This document shows, piece by piece, positions 35,753 to 53,209 of a stretch of DNA of 64,000 bases (its first letter is position 1; each line of letters opens with the position of its first letter). Where the stretch lies: NCBI GenBank assembly GCA_964016885.1, contig OZ024746.1, forward strand, positions 47,492,001 to 47,556,000, in the 5' to 3' direction. Made by a program: the position numbers and the translations under genes. The DNA is from Eledone cirrhosa. Lineage: Eukaryota. Below the pieces are notes generated by a model. It was not told where the DNA came from and made no database searches. It saw only the letters and a list, made by a program, of their open reading frames with translations.

Positions 35753-38700
35753 AATAATGATAGTTGGACATTGTTTTAATGTTGTTCTCTCTGTAAGTTC
35801 TGACAAGATGTAGTATAGAGTTATAGTAAGTTTGTGTTAACATTAGGGTTAGCATTTGTTTATTTGAAAGTTCACCTTTCATATTTATTGTATCATGAGA
35901 CTCAGTAAAATAATATTGCCCCATTCCTAATAATTCACTTTACTGCTGCTTCTGTTGCCAGTAAATTGCCTGCAATATTTGGCTTTATCACTCAACAATG
36001 TAATGTCAATAGAGTTAATAAGATTTCTGTCATCAGTGCCTCAGTAGCTAATAGTGCTTCAATTAGTTAACTGAACTTTTACTCTGTGTATTGACTATCT
36101 ATTATTAAATTGGTCAAAGACACTGTATACCAGCTTGTTTTATTTGTTGTTGCACATGGTCTCTTTCACTCATTTACTCAACTTAATGGCATCTTATTTT
36201 CATTCTAAAACTGTTCATTTGCAAGAGGTGTCTCTATTGAAAGTAATAGTTTCTATGTAGTCATCATAAGATAGTGATGGTATTTTTGTTTGCATCGATT
36301 TTTGTATATTAACAAACAAATGTGAAATGTTTATATTGTTAACTGTATATTGTGCAAGTCATGAGTGGAGAGAGGCTGTGCTGGAAAGGATTCATCCAAC
36401 CCATGCAAGCACGGAAAAGTAAACATAAAATGATAATGATGATGTTTGTAAATTTGTATATTATTGTTAAAATGTGTTTTTATAACTAGATGGCTGGAAG
36501 GTCTTTGATAATAGGTTTGCTGGATCAGGGCTGACCTGAGTTTTTTGTTATTGCTTAGTCATAGGGCTAACGGCATTGTCCATGACCATTTATAGGGTTT
36601 CTGAGATTGTTTAGAGAGGAAGAAGCCACAGCCCATTGTTTTATGCAATAAGAAGCTGTACATAAAAATGTTGAGTTATCCTCAGACCTAGTTTGAATGC
36701 TTTCCAAAACCTAAATCTTACATGTTTATTACATAAGATCAGGTATAATACATCTAATTCCTTTTTGCACAATTTCTATCACCCAATCTCACTCACAAGA
36801 CTTTTGTTTAACCCAAAGCTATGTTGAAAGAGATATTTGTTTGAAACAATGTGCCATGGAGTGATTGTGAAGCAACATTCTTAACCACATGGCTATACTA
36901 GGCAATAACACTAACTGTATCAAGGTGTGACCTTGTGAACAGAAGTCAGTATCACTCTGACTTTGAATAGAGGAGCTGTGGTATGAAGGTGTAACTAAAT
37001 ATGATTTGTACAGTTGTTGTTTAATCAAATTGAAAGTTAGTCATTGCTGGGGAAAATTGTTGCAGTGGTTAGGAGCTGATAGGTTTATTTGATTATTTAA
37101 TCCTAAATGAAACCCGAGTAAGCAGACCTATGATCAAAGGTATACCAGTATTGACTATCTTGTTTCAGGGGAATCTAAGATTACATTTTCCAATGTCTCT
37201 TTTTCTCTTGCAACATGATGGGGTGTGATTTGAGGGAAATTTGTCACTTTGTAGCAAGTTGTGCAACCACATATACACATGATCCAACAGGAATAATTGC
37301 TAAGTGGTGGCTGCATTTTAGAGTAGGAGTGGGTTTATACTTTATATACACTCAGTAGTTATATAGAATGGTTATAATTCTGGTTCTTGAAAAAATGTTC
37401 ATCCTTGTGAGGATTTATTAAAGGAATGTGAAGATTTCAGCTCAGTATTGCTTATATGAAAAATGGAGGCAATGGTGTGGATTTGTTACATTTATATTTG
37501 TAATGTTTGTATTTTGATATGAGAGTAAACTGCAGGATGGTTGGGAGTGGATTATATTAAGAATACATATCATATGCATAACAACTCTACAAAGATTATT
37601 GAACGTGTTAAATGAGGTCAGTAGCAAGGATAGGTGATTGCGGTTGGATTTTAGAGATATGATAACTAATCAGAGACCTACCCAAGTTGAGTCACAGAAT
37701 CAATACATTTTTCTCAAAGGAGTGGTTTATTCTTTAAGGGCTCAGTCAGGAGCCATATCTGTGTCAGTGACATTTTCAGGCATATTGTGTGGTTGATATG
37801 GTAAGCTGATGTTTACTTGAGACGAACTCCAGAGGGTTACTGTTTTGAGAAGGAAAGATTGGAAGACCTGGTTATTGCAGTGCCTGTTTGGTAAGACAGT
37901 AGGTAATGATGAGGAGATATGTAGCTTAGGTGGAAGTTCTATGCAACTAGCTAGTTTAAAGGAACAGACTGGTGTAGTAGTGGTAGAATAGGCAAATAGA
38001 AGAGTCAGTATTTCTGTGTGCCAGTGGTTGTTTATGTATCTGGGTGAGAATCTTTATCATTAAGACAGATAACCTTCTTTTGGATATAGTCTAGAATGTT
38101 TAGAGTATTATGGAATAATTCAATGAGTTTGAATTTTAGGAAGCAGTTATTTTCATTTAATTCATCTGCTTCATGGTTAATCATAACTAATATTGTGCAA
38201 CAAGAGTGGGATATAGCAATTGGTTTAAGTCTAATCTCAGCATCCTGCTTACTAAGCAAGAAATCTAAATAGGTTGTTTGTTGATCAGTATTATTTCCAT
38301 GTTGAAAGCTAGCCAATTGTTTTGACATTAGAATCACTTCAACATTGTTGTTGTAGTTGGGGAGGGTGGAGAACAAGATGATTTATATATTCATCTATGT
38401 TATTGTTATTTCTATCACTCTTTAAAATTTGTTTAATATATCTATTTGTAATGTTTGTATTTCATTGCCTAGCAGGCAAATATGGAAAATCCATTGTTCT
38501 AATATTATTATAATTATCATCGGCAGCTTATAGTTCTTCATTGTACTTAGATGGTGTTTGTAAAGTTTGTTTGTAAAATTATGTCACACAATTTGATACT
38601 AACATTGAAGGCCAGTAACTTTAATGCTAACATAGTGTGTTTGTCTGTCCCACTGACTGCTTCTTTCTATCTTAACTAGCATGCTACACATACATAATTA

Positions 38701-39421
38701 CTGTAATTTTGAATTATGCAAATGACTTTTGTCAGACAGTAATTCAACTGCCTTTGATATTTTCAATTTTCTCCACTCTTCCATCATTTGTTTTTATATC
38801 CTTGTATAGGTCGGCTAAATTTTTAATGTATGTGTATTAATAGTGTGTCATCTTATCTCTGAGGTTGAGTATTTTTGCTAAGGATTTCACAATTTCTCCC
38901 GAATCTCCTTTGGTCTACTTTTACCATGGTTATCCTTCACTCTATTGTTAACTCAAGATTTTTTTTTCTTTTTTTTTTATCATTACGTCCCTACCAACAC
39001 AGCTGTCTGGTTTGCCTTGTACATATTGATCAACTTATTGAAAGCCCAACCTCTTTCTCAATTCAATTGTGCTTGACTATTGTTGTCAACTAATGTACAG
39101 TCAACTAACAAAACAAATTCACTATGTTAATTTTCCTTCTCTCCAAATCTGCTTTCATTGTCCATGTTTTATTAACATACAACATTATGCTTCTTACACA
39201 GATCTTGCCTCATATATGCTTTTTGCATGGACAATTTGCATCAACAATTAAAAAAATCCTCTGAATTGTTTCATCGTTTGTTTACCTATTGGCTATATAC
39301 TTTCATTAACTCTTTTGATACCAAGCTACCTAAAACCATCCATGGTTTCTATGATACAAAGCTGTTTATTTTTAAGTGTTGAATTCTATGCAAGACACTT
39401 TATGTTCCAAACACAGCTTTA

Positions 39422-39619
39422 CCCTTTAGCATTTACATTTACTATTGAATTTTCACAGTAAAGGCTTTACCTCACATAATATCAAATCTATGAGATTTTG
39501 ATATTATTTATTTTGAGAACAATACCTTAATGTCAGTATGAGTGGCTGGTTATGGCCAATTTGAACAGAAAGAGATGAGAGAATTTTGGCTAGATACGGC
39601 CAGTTTAAATGCTAAAGAG
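39422..39619 (+). mobile_element. piggyBac-type MITE family A nested in a family-B element
   Basis: CCCTTTAGCATTTA...TAAATGCTAAAGAG-TTAA inside 39310-39723. Confidence 0.8.
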
Positions 39620-41360
39620 TTAACAGTGGGAAAGTTAGTTATATTACTACATCGTAGTAAATTCTTGATTATTTTGATAGCCATATGCAGTGCCTTTCAT
39701 TAGAAATATGGTCATGGAAAAGGTTTTTTAAAAAGCCTTCACCAGTGGTATTGTCACCTCTGCTTATATTTGGAGAGAAGGGAGAAAAAACATTATTTTG
39801 AGAAATTAGCTATGGCTGCAGTCAATATGGACCAGCCCATAGATAGAAAACTTGATATTATAGAAAAAAAGTATTGTCATTTGTAAACTCAGCAGCCCCA
39901 ACTTAAGAACAGGTCTCAAACTTAGGTCAGCAGAAAAAAAAAGCAAAGTTTTGTTGACCAGTGATATCTTTGTTCTAAGAGAAACTAGCTACTCTTTTTT
40001 CTCATTTTTTTATGTTTCCCTTCATTACACTTAGCAATATGAATTTTCAGTGTTAGGATGAATGTTATTATAGTGAATGCCAGTCAATTGGCAGATTTAT
40101 CTGTTTCAGACAAAATGCCTTGCAGTATTTAGTTATGAACTTAAGTGATTCCAGCTGAACCTCCTCCACAAAATGCTATACATTCATGAGCAGAACAAAG
40201 TCCTAGACACTGTGGTCATCAATTGCTCAGCATCCACACTCTTCTAATGGTAACTTCTTATTCTAAAACCTCTTTCACACAGGCTTTCCCTGTTTGACAC
40301 TCTAGGCAGTGTCATTAACACCTTATCTTTCTACTCAATTTGATTTTACTACTCCTAATACCAGTCACTCACTCTGTTATTTGACCCTCTTCTACTTCCA
40401 CAGTATCTTCTTTGCCTGATAACAAATAAATACCCACCGTTAATGGATTATCAATTTAACAATGAAAGTTATTGCATTTAAGACACAGTATAGCAATATA
40501 TGGCATATGCTGCTTTACTCTCAGGCAATTTGATTGATTCAGCAATAGACTAGATAGTGTTGAATAATCCTGTCATAAGTTAGTAGAAAAAATCTAAAAA
40601 TGGGTTTCTTAATTCAAATGTTTATAGTATCTTTACTAGGAAACAAAAAATTTACAGTATTGCTGTGAAGACTTTAATTTTTCATGTTTTGCAGTCATAA
40701 TGCTGTTTTGTACTTTTCAAGAATGTGGTTTCATGTGGCAGAGAACATGAAGTTAAGATCAGTACCATTTTGAAGATGTGTATTATAATTTTACTGAAGC
40801 AATAATCATTCTTGGCAAAGAAGCATTTATATGATTAATTATTTCAACAGATTAAATAAGATTTATTGTTTGGGAAAGAAAACAAATTAGTAAAATTTGT
40901 GGCTGTTATCAGAAAGTTCAATGGTGAGGAATCTATCTCATCATCTGGTATGCTATTTCTCAGTGTTCAAAAATGTTTAATGAAGTATCTTTCATTAAAC
41001 ATTATTGAACACTTTCACTTTCTCTCTCTCTATCAGCTAAATATTATCTTTAGATTCATAACATTGTTGTAGTCGATCAACCCCTTTAAATCCCTCTAGA
41101 CAATTAATTAAGATAGGTACACAGCTTGACTTATGTACGTTAAACATAATCAATATTTCTTCTTGTCTGATGAGTAGCTTCTCTTTCCGATTTGCTTACA
41201 TTTATATGAGATGTTATCTCAACAGTTAGATCTAATATGAGTGACTGATTAGTATGACCCCTACTAAACTACTACATTAGGTCTACATATTCATTATTAG
41301 AGGCAAAAGTTTAAATTGGTAAGTTATTAAACTATCTGCTCATATATCTTGAGTTCAAAT

Positions 41361-41816
41361 CTCCTCTGTTGGCATTTCAGTGTGTCCCTGGGCAACTCCT
41401 CTGTTGGCATTTCACTGTGTTCCTGGGCAACTCCTCTGTTGGCATTTCAGTGTGTCCCTGGGCAACTCCTCTGTTGGCATTTCACTGTGTTCCTGGGCAA
41501 CTCCTCTGTTGGCATTTCACTGTGTTCCTGGGCAACTCCTCTGTTGGCATTTCAGTGTGTCCCTGGGCAACTCCTCTGTTGGCATTTCACTGTGTTCCTG
41601 GGCAACTCCTCTGTTGGCATTTCAGTGTGTCCCTGGGCAACTCCTCTGTTGGCATTTCAGTGTGTCCCTGGGCAACTCCTCTGTTGGCATTTCAGTGTGT
41701 CCCTGGGCAACTCCTCTGTTGGCATTTCAGTGTGTTCCTGGGCAACTCCTCTGTTGGCATTTCACTGTGTCCCTGGGCAACTCCTCTGTTGGCATTTCAG
41801 TGTGTTCCTGGGCAAC
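41361..41816. repeat. 35-bp minisatellite, ~13 copies
   Basis: Unit GGGCAACTCCTCTGTTGGCATTTCASTGTGTYCCT. Confidence 0.95.
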
Positions 41817-42860
41817 CATGAAACCAAACAAAAACTAAATATGGTTTATGGTACATTTCTATACATTTACATTTCGACTACACCTCACTCTCACTGTATC
41901 TTCCCCCTTTACATCCTAATCTGATGTGAATTATCATTTCTACACTCTCACTAAACTTCCTGGTGCTATGTTCAAAGCTATATAAAATCCTGTATTTCTA
42001 TAGCCTTCACTTCAATGATTAGCCTATATAAACAATTTTAGCACTCAGTCACCAGAAGGGAGGTAGGTATAAAAGCCAAACTTGTTAACTTTAATTCAGT
42101 GTTTAGACCCAGAGGTAGACCACAAGCAAGATGGTTGGATAACATTCATGAGCTTGATTGATTTTGCTTGGGAACTCAGCCAGATCAATGGAAAGTGCTG
42201 CTTCTATAAGACCTACTGGAAGGCAGTCTGAAGAATTTTCCCCCACAAAGTGCTCTCTTTACCACACAGCCATGCCTGTGCTTATATTGAGCAATATATA
42301 TTTGATAGGGTATTTCTTAAATATATTCCATTCTGGTATATATTCCACCACTACATGTATAGTTTGGGGTTAGGATTTAAGCTTTATGGTATACAACTGG
42401 GATTATGGTTAGGGTTAAAAGGAGAATGGGAATTATAAAAATGAAATTGTGAATTTTTTTTTCTTTCTTCTTGGTAGCCATCTAGGATATATACATCATC
42501 ATTGTTTAAGGTCTATTTTTCCCTGATAGAAAGGTTGCATTGTTTAATCTAAGACTTTGACAATCCATCCAACCCATGCTGACATAGAAAATCAATGTAA
42601 AACAATGTTAATGATGTTATACATATATCTTTTATTATTATCCTTTTACTGGTTTCAGTCATTAAACTGCAACCATGCTGTGGCACCACCTGAAGGGATT
42701 TAATCAATGATATCACCCTCAATAAAACTTTTTTCAAGTTTAGTACTTATTTTATTGCTCACTTTTTGTTGAATTGCTAAGATTCAGAACATAAACAAAC
42801 AGTAAACATAAATGTAACAGACAGACACATACACTTTCACACACACACATCTCTCTCTCT

Positions 42861-42964
42861 ATGTATATATATATATGTATATATATATGTATGTATTTAT
42901 ATATGTATTTATATATGTATATATATATGTATTTATTATGTATATATATATGTATTTATATATG

Positions 42965-42995
<31 letters not shown>

Positions 42996-43096
42996 TTATA
43001 TATGTATATATATATATATGTATTTATATATGTATATATATATATATATATATGTATTTATATATGTATATATATATATATATGTATATATATTTA

Positions 43097-43141
<45 letters not shown>

Positions 43142-43142
43142 G

Positions 43143-43177
<35 letters not shown>

Positions 43178-43224
43178 GTATATATATATGTATATATATA
43201 TGTATATATATATGTATATATATG

Positions 43225-43303
<79 letters not shown>

Positions 43304-43530
43304 GTATATGTATATATATATGTATATGTATATATATATGTATATGTATATATATATGTATATGTATATGTATATGTATATATATATGTATGTATATATA
43401 TATGTATATGTATATATATATGTATATGTATATATATATGTATGTATATATATATGTGTATATGTATATATATATGTATGTATGTATATATATATGTGTA
43501 TATGTATATATATATGTATGTATGTATATA

Positions 43531-43565
<35 letters not shown>

Positions 43566-43572
43566 ATATATG

Positions 43573-43623
<51 letters not shown>

Positions 43624-43694
43624 GTATATATATATATGTATATATATATATGTATATATATATATGTATATATATATATGTATATATATATATG

Positions 43695-43741
<47 letters not shown>

Positions 43742-43932
43742 GTATATGTATATATATATGTATATATATATGTATATATATATGTATATATATATGTATA
43801 TATATATGTATATATATATGTATATATATATATGTATATATATATGTATATGTATATATGTATATATATGTATATATATATATGTATATATATATATGTA
43901 TATATATGTATATATATATATGTATATATATG

Positions 43933-43963
<31 letters not shown>

Positions 43964-43974
43964 GTATATATATG

Positions 43975-44005
<31 letters not shown>

Positions 44006-44048
44006 GTATATATATGTATATATGTATATATATGTATATATATATATG

Positions 44049-44125
<77 letters not shown>

Positions 44126-44237
44126 GTATATATGTATATATATATGTATATATATATGTATATATATATATGTATATATATATGTATATATATATGTATA
44201 TGTATATATATGTGTATATATATATGTATATGTATAT

Positions 44238-44275
<38 letters not shown>

Positions 44276-44590
44276 GTATATATATATGTATATATATATG
44301 TATATATATATGTATATATATATGTATATGTATATGGATATATATGGATATGGATATGGATATATATGGATATGGATATATATGGATATATATATATATG
44401 GATATATATATATATATGTATATATATGGATATATATATATATATGTATATATATGGATATATATATATATATGTATATATATGGATATATATATATATG
44501 TATATATATGGATATATATATATATATGTATATATATGGATATATATATATATATGTATATATATGGATATATATATATATGTATATATA

Positions 44591-44621
<31 letters not shown>

Positions 44622-47600
44622 GGATATATATATATATGTATATATATGGATATATATATATATGGATATATATATATATGGATATATATATATATGGATA
44701 TATATATATGTATATATATGGATATATATATATATATATATGGATATGTATATATATGTATATATATGGATATATGTATATATATGTATATATATGGATA
44801 TATATGGATATATGTATATATATGTATATATATGGATATATGTATATATATGTATATATTGGATATATGTATATATATGGATATATATATATATGGATAT
44901 ATGTATATATGGATATATATATATATGGATATATATATATATGGATATATATGGATATATATATGGATATATATATATATGTATATATATGGATATATAT
45001 ATTATATGTATATATATGGATATATATGTATATATATGGATATATATTATATGGATATATATATATGGATATATATGGATATATATATATGGATATATAT
45101 ATATATGGATATATATGGATATATATATATATGGATATATATGGATATATATATATATGGATATATATGGATATATATATATATGGATATATATATATAT
45201 GGATATATATGGATATATATATATATGGATATATATGGATATATATATATATGGATATATATGGATATATATATATATGGATATATATGGATATATATAT
45301 ATATGGATATATATGGATATGGATATATATGGATATATATATATATGGAATATATATGGATATATATATATATGTATATATATGGATATATATATATATG
45401 GATATATATGGATATATATATATATGTATATATATGGATATATATATATATGTATATATATGGATATATATATATATGTATATATATGGATATATATATA
45501 TGTATATATATGGATATATATATATATGTATATATATGGATATATATATATATGTATATATATGGATATATATATATGGATATATATGGATATATATGGA
45601 TATATATATATATGGATATATATGGATATATATGGATATATATATATATGTATATATATGGATATATATATATATATGTATATATATGGATATATATATA
45701 TATGTATATATATGGATATATATATATATGTATATATATGGATATATATATATATGTATATATATGGATATATATATATATGTATATATATGGATATATA
45801 TATATATGTATATATATGGATATATATATATATGTATATATATGGATATATATATATATGTATATATATGGATATATATATATATGTATATATATGGATA
45901 TATATATATATGTATATATATGGATATATATATATATGTATATATATGGATATTATATATATATGTATATATATGGATTATGTATATATATGTATATGTA
46001 TATATATGTATATATATGGATATGTATATATATGTTATATATGGATATATGTATATATATGTATATATATGGATATATGTATATATATGGATATATATAT
46101 ATGTATATATATGGATATATATATATGTATATATATGGATATATATATATGTATATATATGGATATATATATATGTATATATATGGATATATATATATGT
46201 ATATATATGGATATATATATATGTATATATATGGATATATATATATGTATATATATGGATATATATATATGTATATATATGGATATATATATATGTATAT
46301 ATATGGATATATATATATTGTATATATATGGATATATATATATATGTATATATATGGATATATATATATATATGGATATATATATATATGGATATATATA
46401 TATATGTATATATATGGATATATATATATATATGGATATATATATATGGATATATATATATATATGGATATATATATGGATATATATATATATGGATATA
46501 TATATGGATATATAATATATGGATATATATATGGATATATATATGGATATATATATGGATATATATATGTATATATATATGGATATAGATATATATGGAT
46601 ATATATATATATGGATATATATATATATGGATATATATATATATGGATATATATATATATGGATATATATATATATGGATATATATATATATGGATATAT
46701 ATATATGGATATATATATATATGGATATATATGGATATATATATATATGGATATATATGGATATATATATATATGGATATATATGGATATATATATATGG
46801 ATATATATGGATAATATATATAGGATATATATGGATATTATATATATGGATATATATGGATATATATATATATGGATATATATGGATATATATATATATG
46901 GATATATATGGATATATATATATATATGGATATATATGGATATATATATATGGATATATATGGATATATATATATATGGATATATATGGATATATATATA
47001 TATGGATATATATGGATATATATATATATGGATATATATGGATATATATATATATGGATATATATGGATATATATATATATGGATATATATGGATATATA
47101 TATATATGGATATATATGGATATATATATATATGGATATATATGGATATATATATATATGGATATATATATATATATGGATATATATGGATAATGGATAT
47201 ATATGGATATATATATATATGGATATATATGGATATATATATATATGGATATATATGGATATATATATATATGGATATATATGGATATATATATATATGG
47301 ATATATATGGATATATATATATATGGATATATATGGATATATATATATATGGATATATATGGATATATATATATATGGATATATATGGATATATATATAT
47401 ATGGATATATATGGATATATATATATATGGATATATATATATATGGATATATATGGATATATATATATATGGATATATATGGATATGGATATATATGGAT
47501 ATATATGGATATATGGATATATATATATATGGATATATATGGATATATATATATATATGGATATATATGGATATATATATGGATATATATGGATATATAT

Positions 47601-48836
47601 GGATATGGATATATATGGATATACTATATATATGGATATATATATATATGGATATATATATATATGGATATATATGGATATATATATATATGGATATATA
47701 TGGATATATATATATATGGATATATATATATATGGATATATATGGATATATATATATATGGATATATATGGATATATATATATATGGATATATATGGATA
47801 TATATATATATGGATATATATGGATATATATATATATGGATATATATGGATATATATATATGTATATATATGGATATATATATATATGTATATATATGGA
47901 TATATATATATATGTATATATATGGATATATATATATATGGATATATATATATGTATATATATGGATATATATATATATATATATATGGATATATATATA
48001 TATATATATATATGGATATATATATATATGTATATATATGGATATATATATATATGTATATATATGGATATATATATATATATGTGTATATATATGGATA
48101 TATATATATATGTGTATATATATGGATATATATATATATGTGTATATATATGGATATATATATATATGTGTATATATATGGATATATATATATATGTGTA
48201 TATATATGGATATATATATATATGTGTATATATATGGATATATATATATGTGTATATATATGGATATATATATATGTGTATATATATGGATATATATATA
48301 TGTGTATATATATGGATATATATATATGTGTATATATATGGATATATATATATGTGTATATATATGGATATATATATATGTGTATATATATGGATATATA
48401 TATATATATGGATATATATGGATATATATATATATGGATATATATGGATATATATATATATGGATATATATGGATATATATATATATGGATATATATATA
48501 TATGGATATATATGTATATATATGGATATATATATATATATGTATATATATGGATATATATATATATATGTATATATATGGATATATATATATATATGTA
48601 TATATATGGATATATATATGTATATATATGGATATATATATATATGTATATATATGGATATATATATATATGTATATATATGGATATATATATGTATATA
48701 TATGGATATATATATATGTGTATATATATGGATATATATATATGTATATGTATATATATATGGATATATATATATATGTAATATATGGATATATATGTAT
48801 ATATATGGATATATATTATATATATATGTATATATA

Positions 48837-48867
<31 letters not shown>

Positions 48868-51800
48868 GGATATATATATATATGTATATATATGGATATA
48901 TATATATATATGTTATATATATGGATATATATATATATATGTATATATATGGATATATTATATATATGTATATATATGGATATATATATATATATGTATA
49001 TATATGGATATATATATATATATGTATATATATGGATATATTATATATATGTATATATATGGATATATATATATATATGTATATATATGGATATATATAT
49101 ATATATGTATATATATGGATATATATATATATATGTATATATATGGATATATATATATATATGTATATATATGGATATATATATATATATGTTATATATA
49201 TGGATATATATATATATATGTATATATATGGATATATATATATATATGTATATATATGGATATATATATGTATATATATGGATATATATATATATATGTA
49301 TATATATGGATATATGTTATATATATGTATATATATGGATATATGTTATATATATGGATATATATGGATATATGTATATATATGGATATATATGGATATA
49401 TATATATATATGGATATATATGGATATATATATATATATGGATATATATGGATATATATATATATATGGATATATATGGATATATATATATATATGGATA
49501 TATATGGATATATATATATATATGGATATATATGGATATATATATATATATGGATATATATGGATATATATATATATATGGATATATATGGATATATATA
49601 TATATATGGATATATATGGATATATATATATATATGGATATATATGGATATATATATATATATGGATATATATGGATATATATATATATATGGATATATA
49701 TGGATATATATATATATGGATATATATGGATATATATATATATATGGATATATATGGATATATATATATATATGGATATATATGGATATATATATATATA
49801 TGGATATATATATATATATGGATATATATGGATATATATATATATATGGATATATATGGATATATATATATATATGGATATATATATATATATATGGATA
49901 TATATGGAATATATATATATATGGATATATATGGATATATATATATATGGATATATATGGATATATATATATATATGGATATATATGGATATATATATAT
50001 ATATGGATATATATGGATATATGGATATATATGGATATATATATATATGGATATATATGGATATATATATATATATGGATATATATATATATATATATAT
50101 GGATATATATATATATATATATGGATATATATATATATATATGGATATATATATATATATGGATATATATATATATATATATGGATATATATATATATAT
50201 ATGGATATATATATATATATATGGATATATATATATATATATGGATTATATATATATATATATGGATTTATATATATATATATGGATATATTATATATAT
50301 GATTATATATGGATATATATATATATATGGATATATATGATATATATGGATATATATGGATATATTATATGGATTATATGGATATATATTATATATGGAT
50401 ATATGGTATTATATATATATGGATATATTATGGATAATTATATGGATATATGGATATATATGGATATGGATATATATGGATATGGATATATATGGATATG
50501 GATATATATGGATATATATATATATGGATATATATGGATATATAGATATTATGTATATATATGGATATATATATATATGGATATATATGGATATATATAT
50601 ATGGATATATATGGATATATATGGATATATATGGATATATTATATATGGATATATATGGATATATATATATATGGATATATATGGATATATATATATATG
50701 GATATATATGGATATATATATATATGGATATATATATATATGTATATATATGGATATATATATATATGTATATATATGGATATATATATATATGTATATA
50801 TATGGATATATATATATATGTATATATATGGATATATGTATATATATGGATATATATATATATGTATATATATGGATATATATATATATGTATATATATG
50901 GTATTATATATATGTATATATATGGATATATATATATATGTATATATATGGATATATATATATATGTATATATATGGATATATATATATATGTATATATA
51001 TGGATATATATATGTATATGTATATATATATGGATATATATATATATATGTATATATATGGATATATATATATATATGTATATATATGGATATATATATA
51101 TATGTATATATATGGATATATATATATATGTATATATATGGATATATATATATATGTATATATATGGATATATATATATATGTATATATATGGATATATA
51201 TGTATATGTATATATATATGGATATATATATATATATGTATATATATGGATATATATATATATATGTATATATATGGATATATATATATATGTATATATA
51301 TGGATATATATATATATGTATATATATGGATATATATATATATGTATATATATGGATATATATATATATGTATATATATGGATATATATATATATGTATA
51401 TATATGGATATATATATATATGTATATATATGGTATATATATATATGTATATATATGGATATATATATATATGTATTGTATGGATATATATATATATGTA
51501 TATATATGGATATATATATATATGTATATATATGGATATATATATATATGTATATATATGGATATATATATATATGTATATATATGGATATATATATATA
51601 TGTATATATATGGATATATATATATATGTATATATATGGATATATATATATATGTATATATATGGATATATATATATATGTATATATATGGATATATATA
51701 TATATATGTATATATATGGATATATATATATATGTATATATATGGATATATATATATATGTATATATATGGATATATATATATATGTATATATATGGATA

Positions 51801-53090
51801 TATATATATATGTATATATATGGATATATATATATATGTATATATATGGATATATATATATATGTATATATATGGATATATATATATATGTATATATATG
51901 GATATATATATATATGTATATATATGGATATATATATATATGTATATATATGGATATATATATATATGTATATATATGGATATATATATATATGTATATA
52001 TATATATGGATATATATATATATGTATATATATATATGGATATATATGGATATATATATATATGTATATATATGGATATATATGGATATATATATATATG
52101 TATATATATGGATATATATATATGTATATATATGGATATATATATATATGGATATATATATATATATGTATATATATGGATATATATATATATGTATATA
52201 TATGGATATATATATATATGTATATATATGGATATATATATATATATGTATATATATGGATATATATATATATATGTATATATATGGATATATATATATA
52301 TATGTATATATATGGATATATATATATATATGTATATATATGGATATATATATATATATGTATATATATGGATATATATATATATATGTATATATATGGA
52401 TATGGATATATATATGTATATATATGGATATGGATATATATATGTATATATGGATATGGATATATATATGTATATATATGGATATGGATGTATATGTATA
52501 TGTATGGATTGGATGTATATGTATATGTATGGATATGGATGTATATGTATGATATGGATGTATATGTATATGTATGGATATGGATGTATATGTATATGTA
52601 TGGATATGTATATGTATGGATATATATGTATATGTATATATATGTATGTATATGGATATATATGTATGTATATGGATATATGTATATATATGGATATATG
52701 TATATATATGGATATATGTATATATATGGATATATGTATATATATGGATATATGTATATATATGGATATATGTATATATATGGATATATGTGTGTATATA
52801 TGTGTGTATATATGTATATATGTATATATATGGATATATGTGTGTATATATGTGTGTATATATGTATATATGTGTGTATATATGGATATATGTGTGTATA
52901 TATGTGTATGTATGTATATATGTGTATATATATGGATATATGGATATATGGATATGGATATATATATATGGATATATTATATATATATGGATATATATAT
53001 ATATATATGGATATATAGGTATATATAGGTATATATAGGTATATATGTATATATAGGTATATATAGGTATATATGTATATGTATATATAT
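42861..53090. repeat. Compound (TA)n satellite with TG, then TGGA, interruptions
   Basis: ~10 kb composed essentially of T, A and G on the plus strand; GG interruptions begin at ~44336. Confidence 0.97.
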
Positions 53091-53209
53091 GTTTCTTTTA
53101 TTTGCCACTGGGGCATCAAAAGTGGGACAAGTACAAAGGGGGGAGTTTACACCAAAAAAGGCGTCCTCAATAAGGAGGAGGCAATAACAAAATATAAAAT
53201 TTTTAGCAT

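Noticed and set aside
37300-38400. Possible gene or LINE in ORF 38032-38376
   Set aside because: The composition suggests an old repeat, but no diagnostic motif could be recognised.
41160-41215. CTGATGAG as a hammerhead core
   Set aside because: No GAAA after a stem II. The same applies to CTGATGA at ~4638 and ~11344.
41349-41924. Three overlapping 150-190 aa ORFs / possible CRISPR array
   Set aside because: A head-to-tail 35-bp repeat with no unique spacers, no cas genes and a eukaryotic context. The ORFs arise from a stop-free unit.
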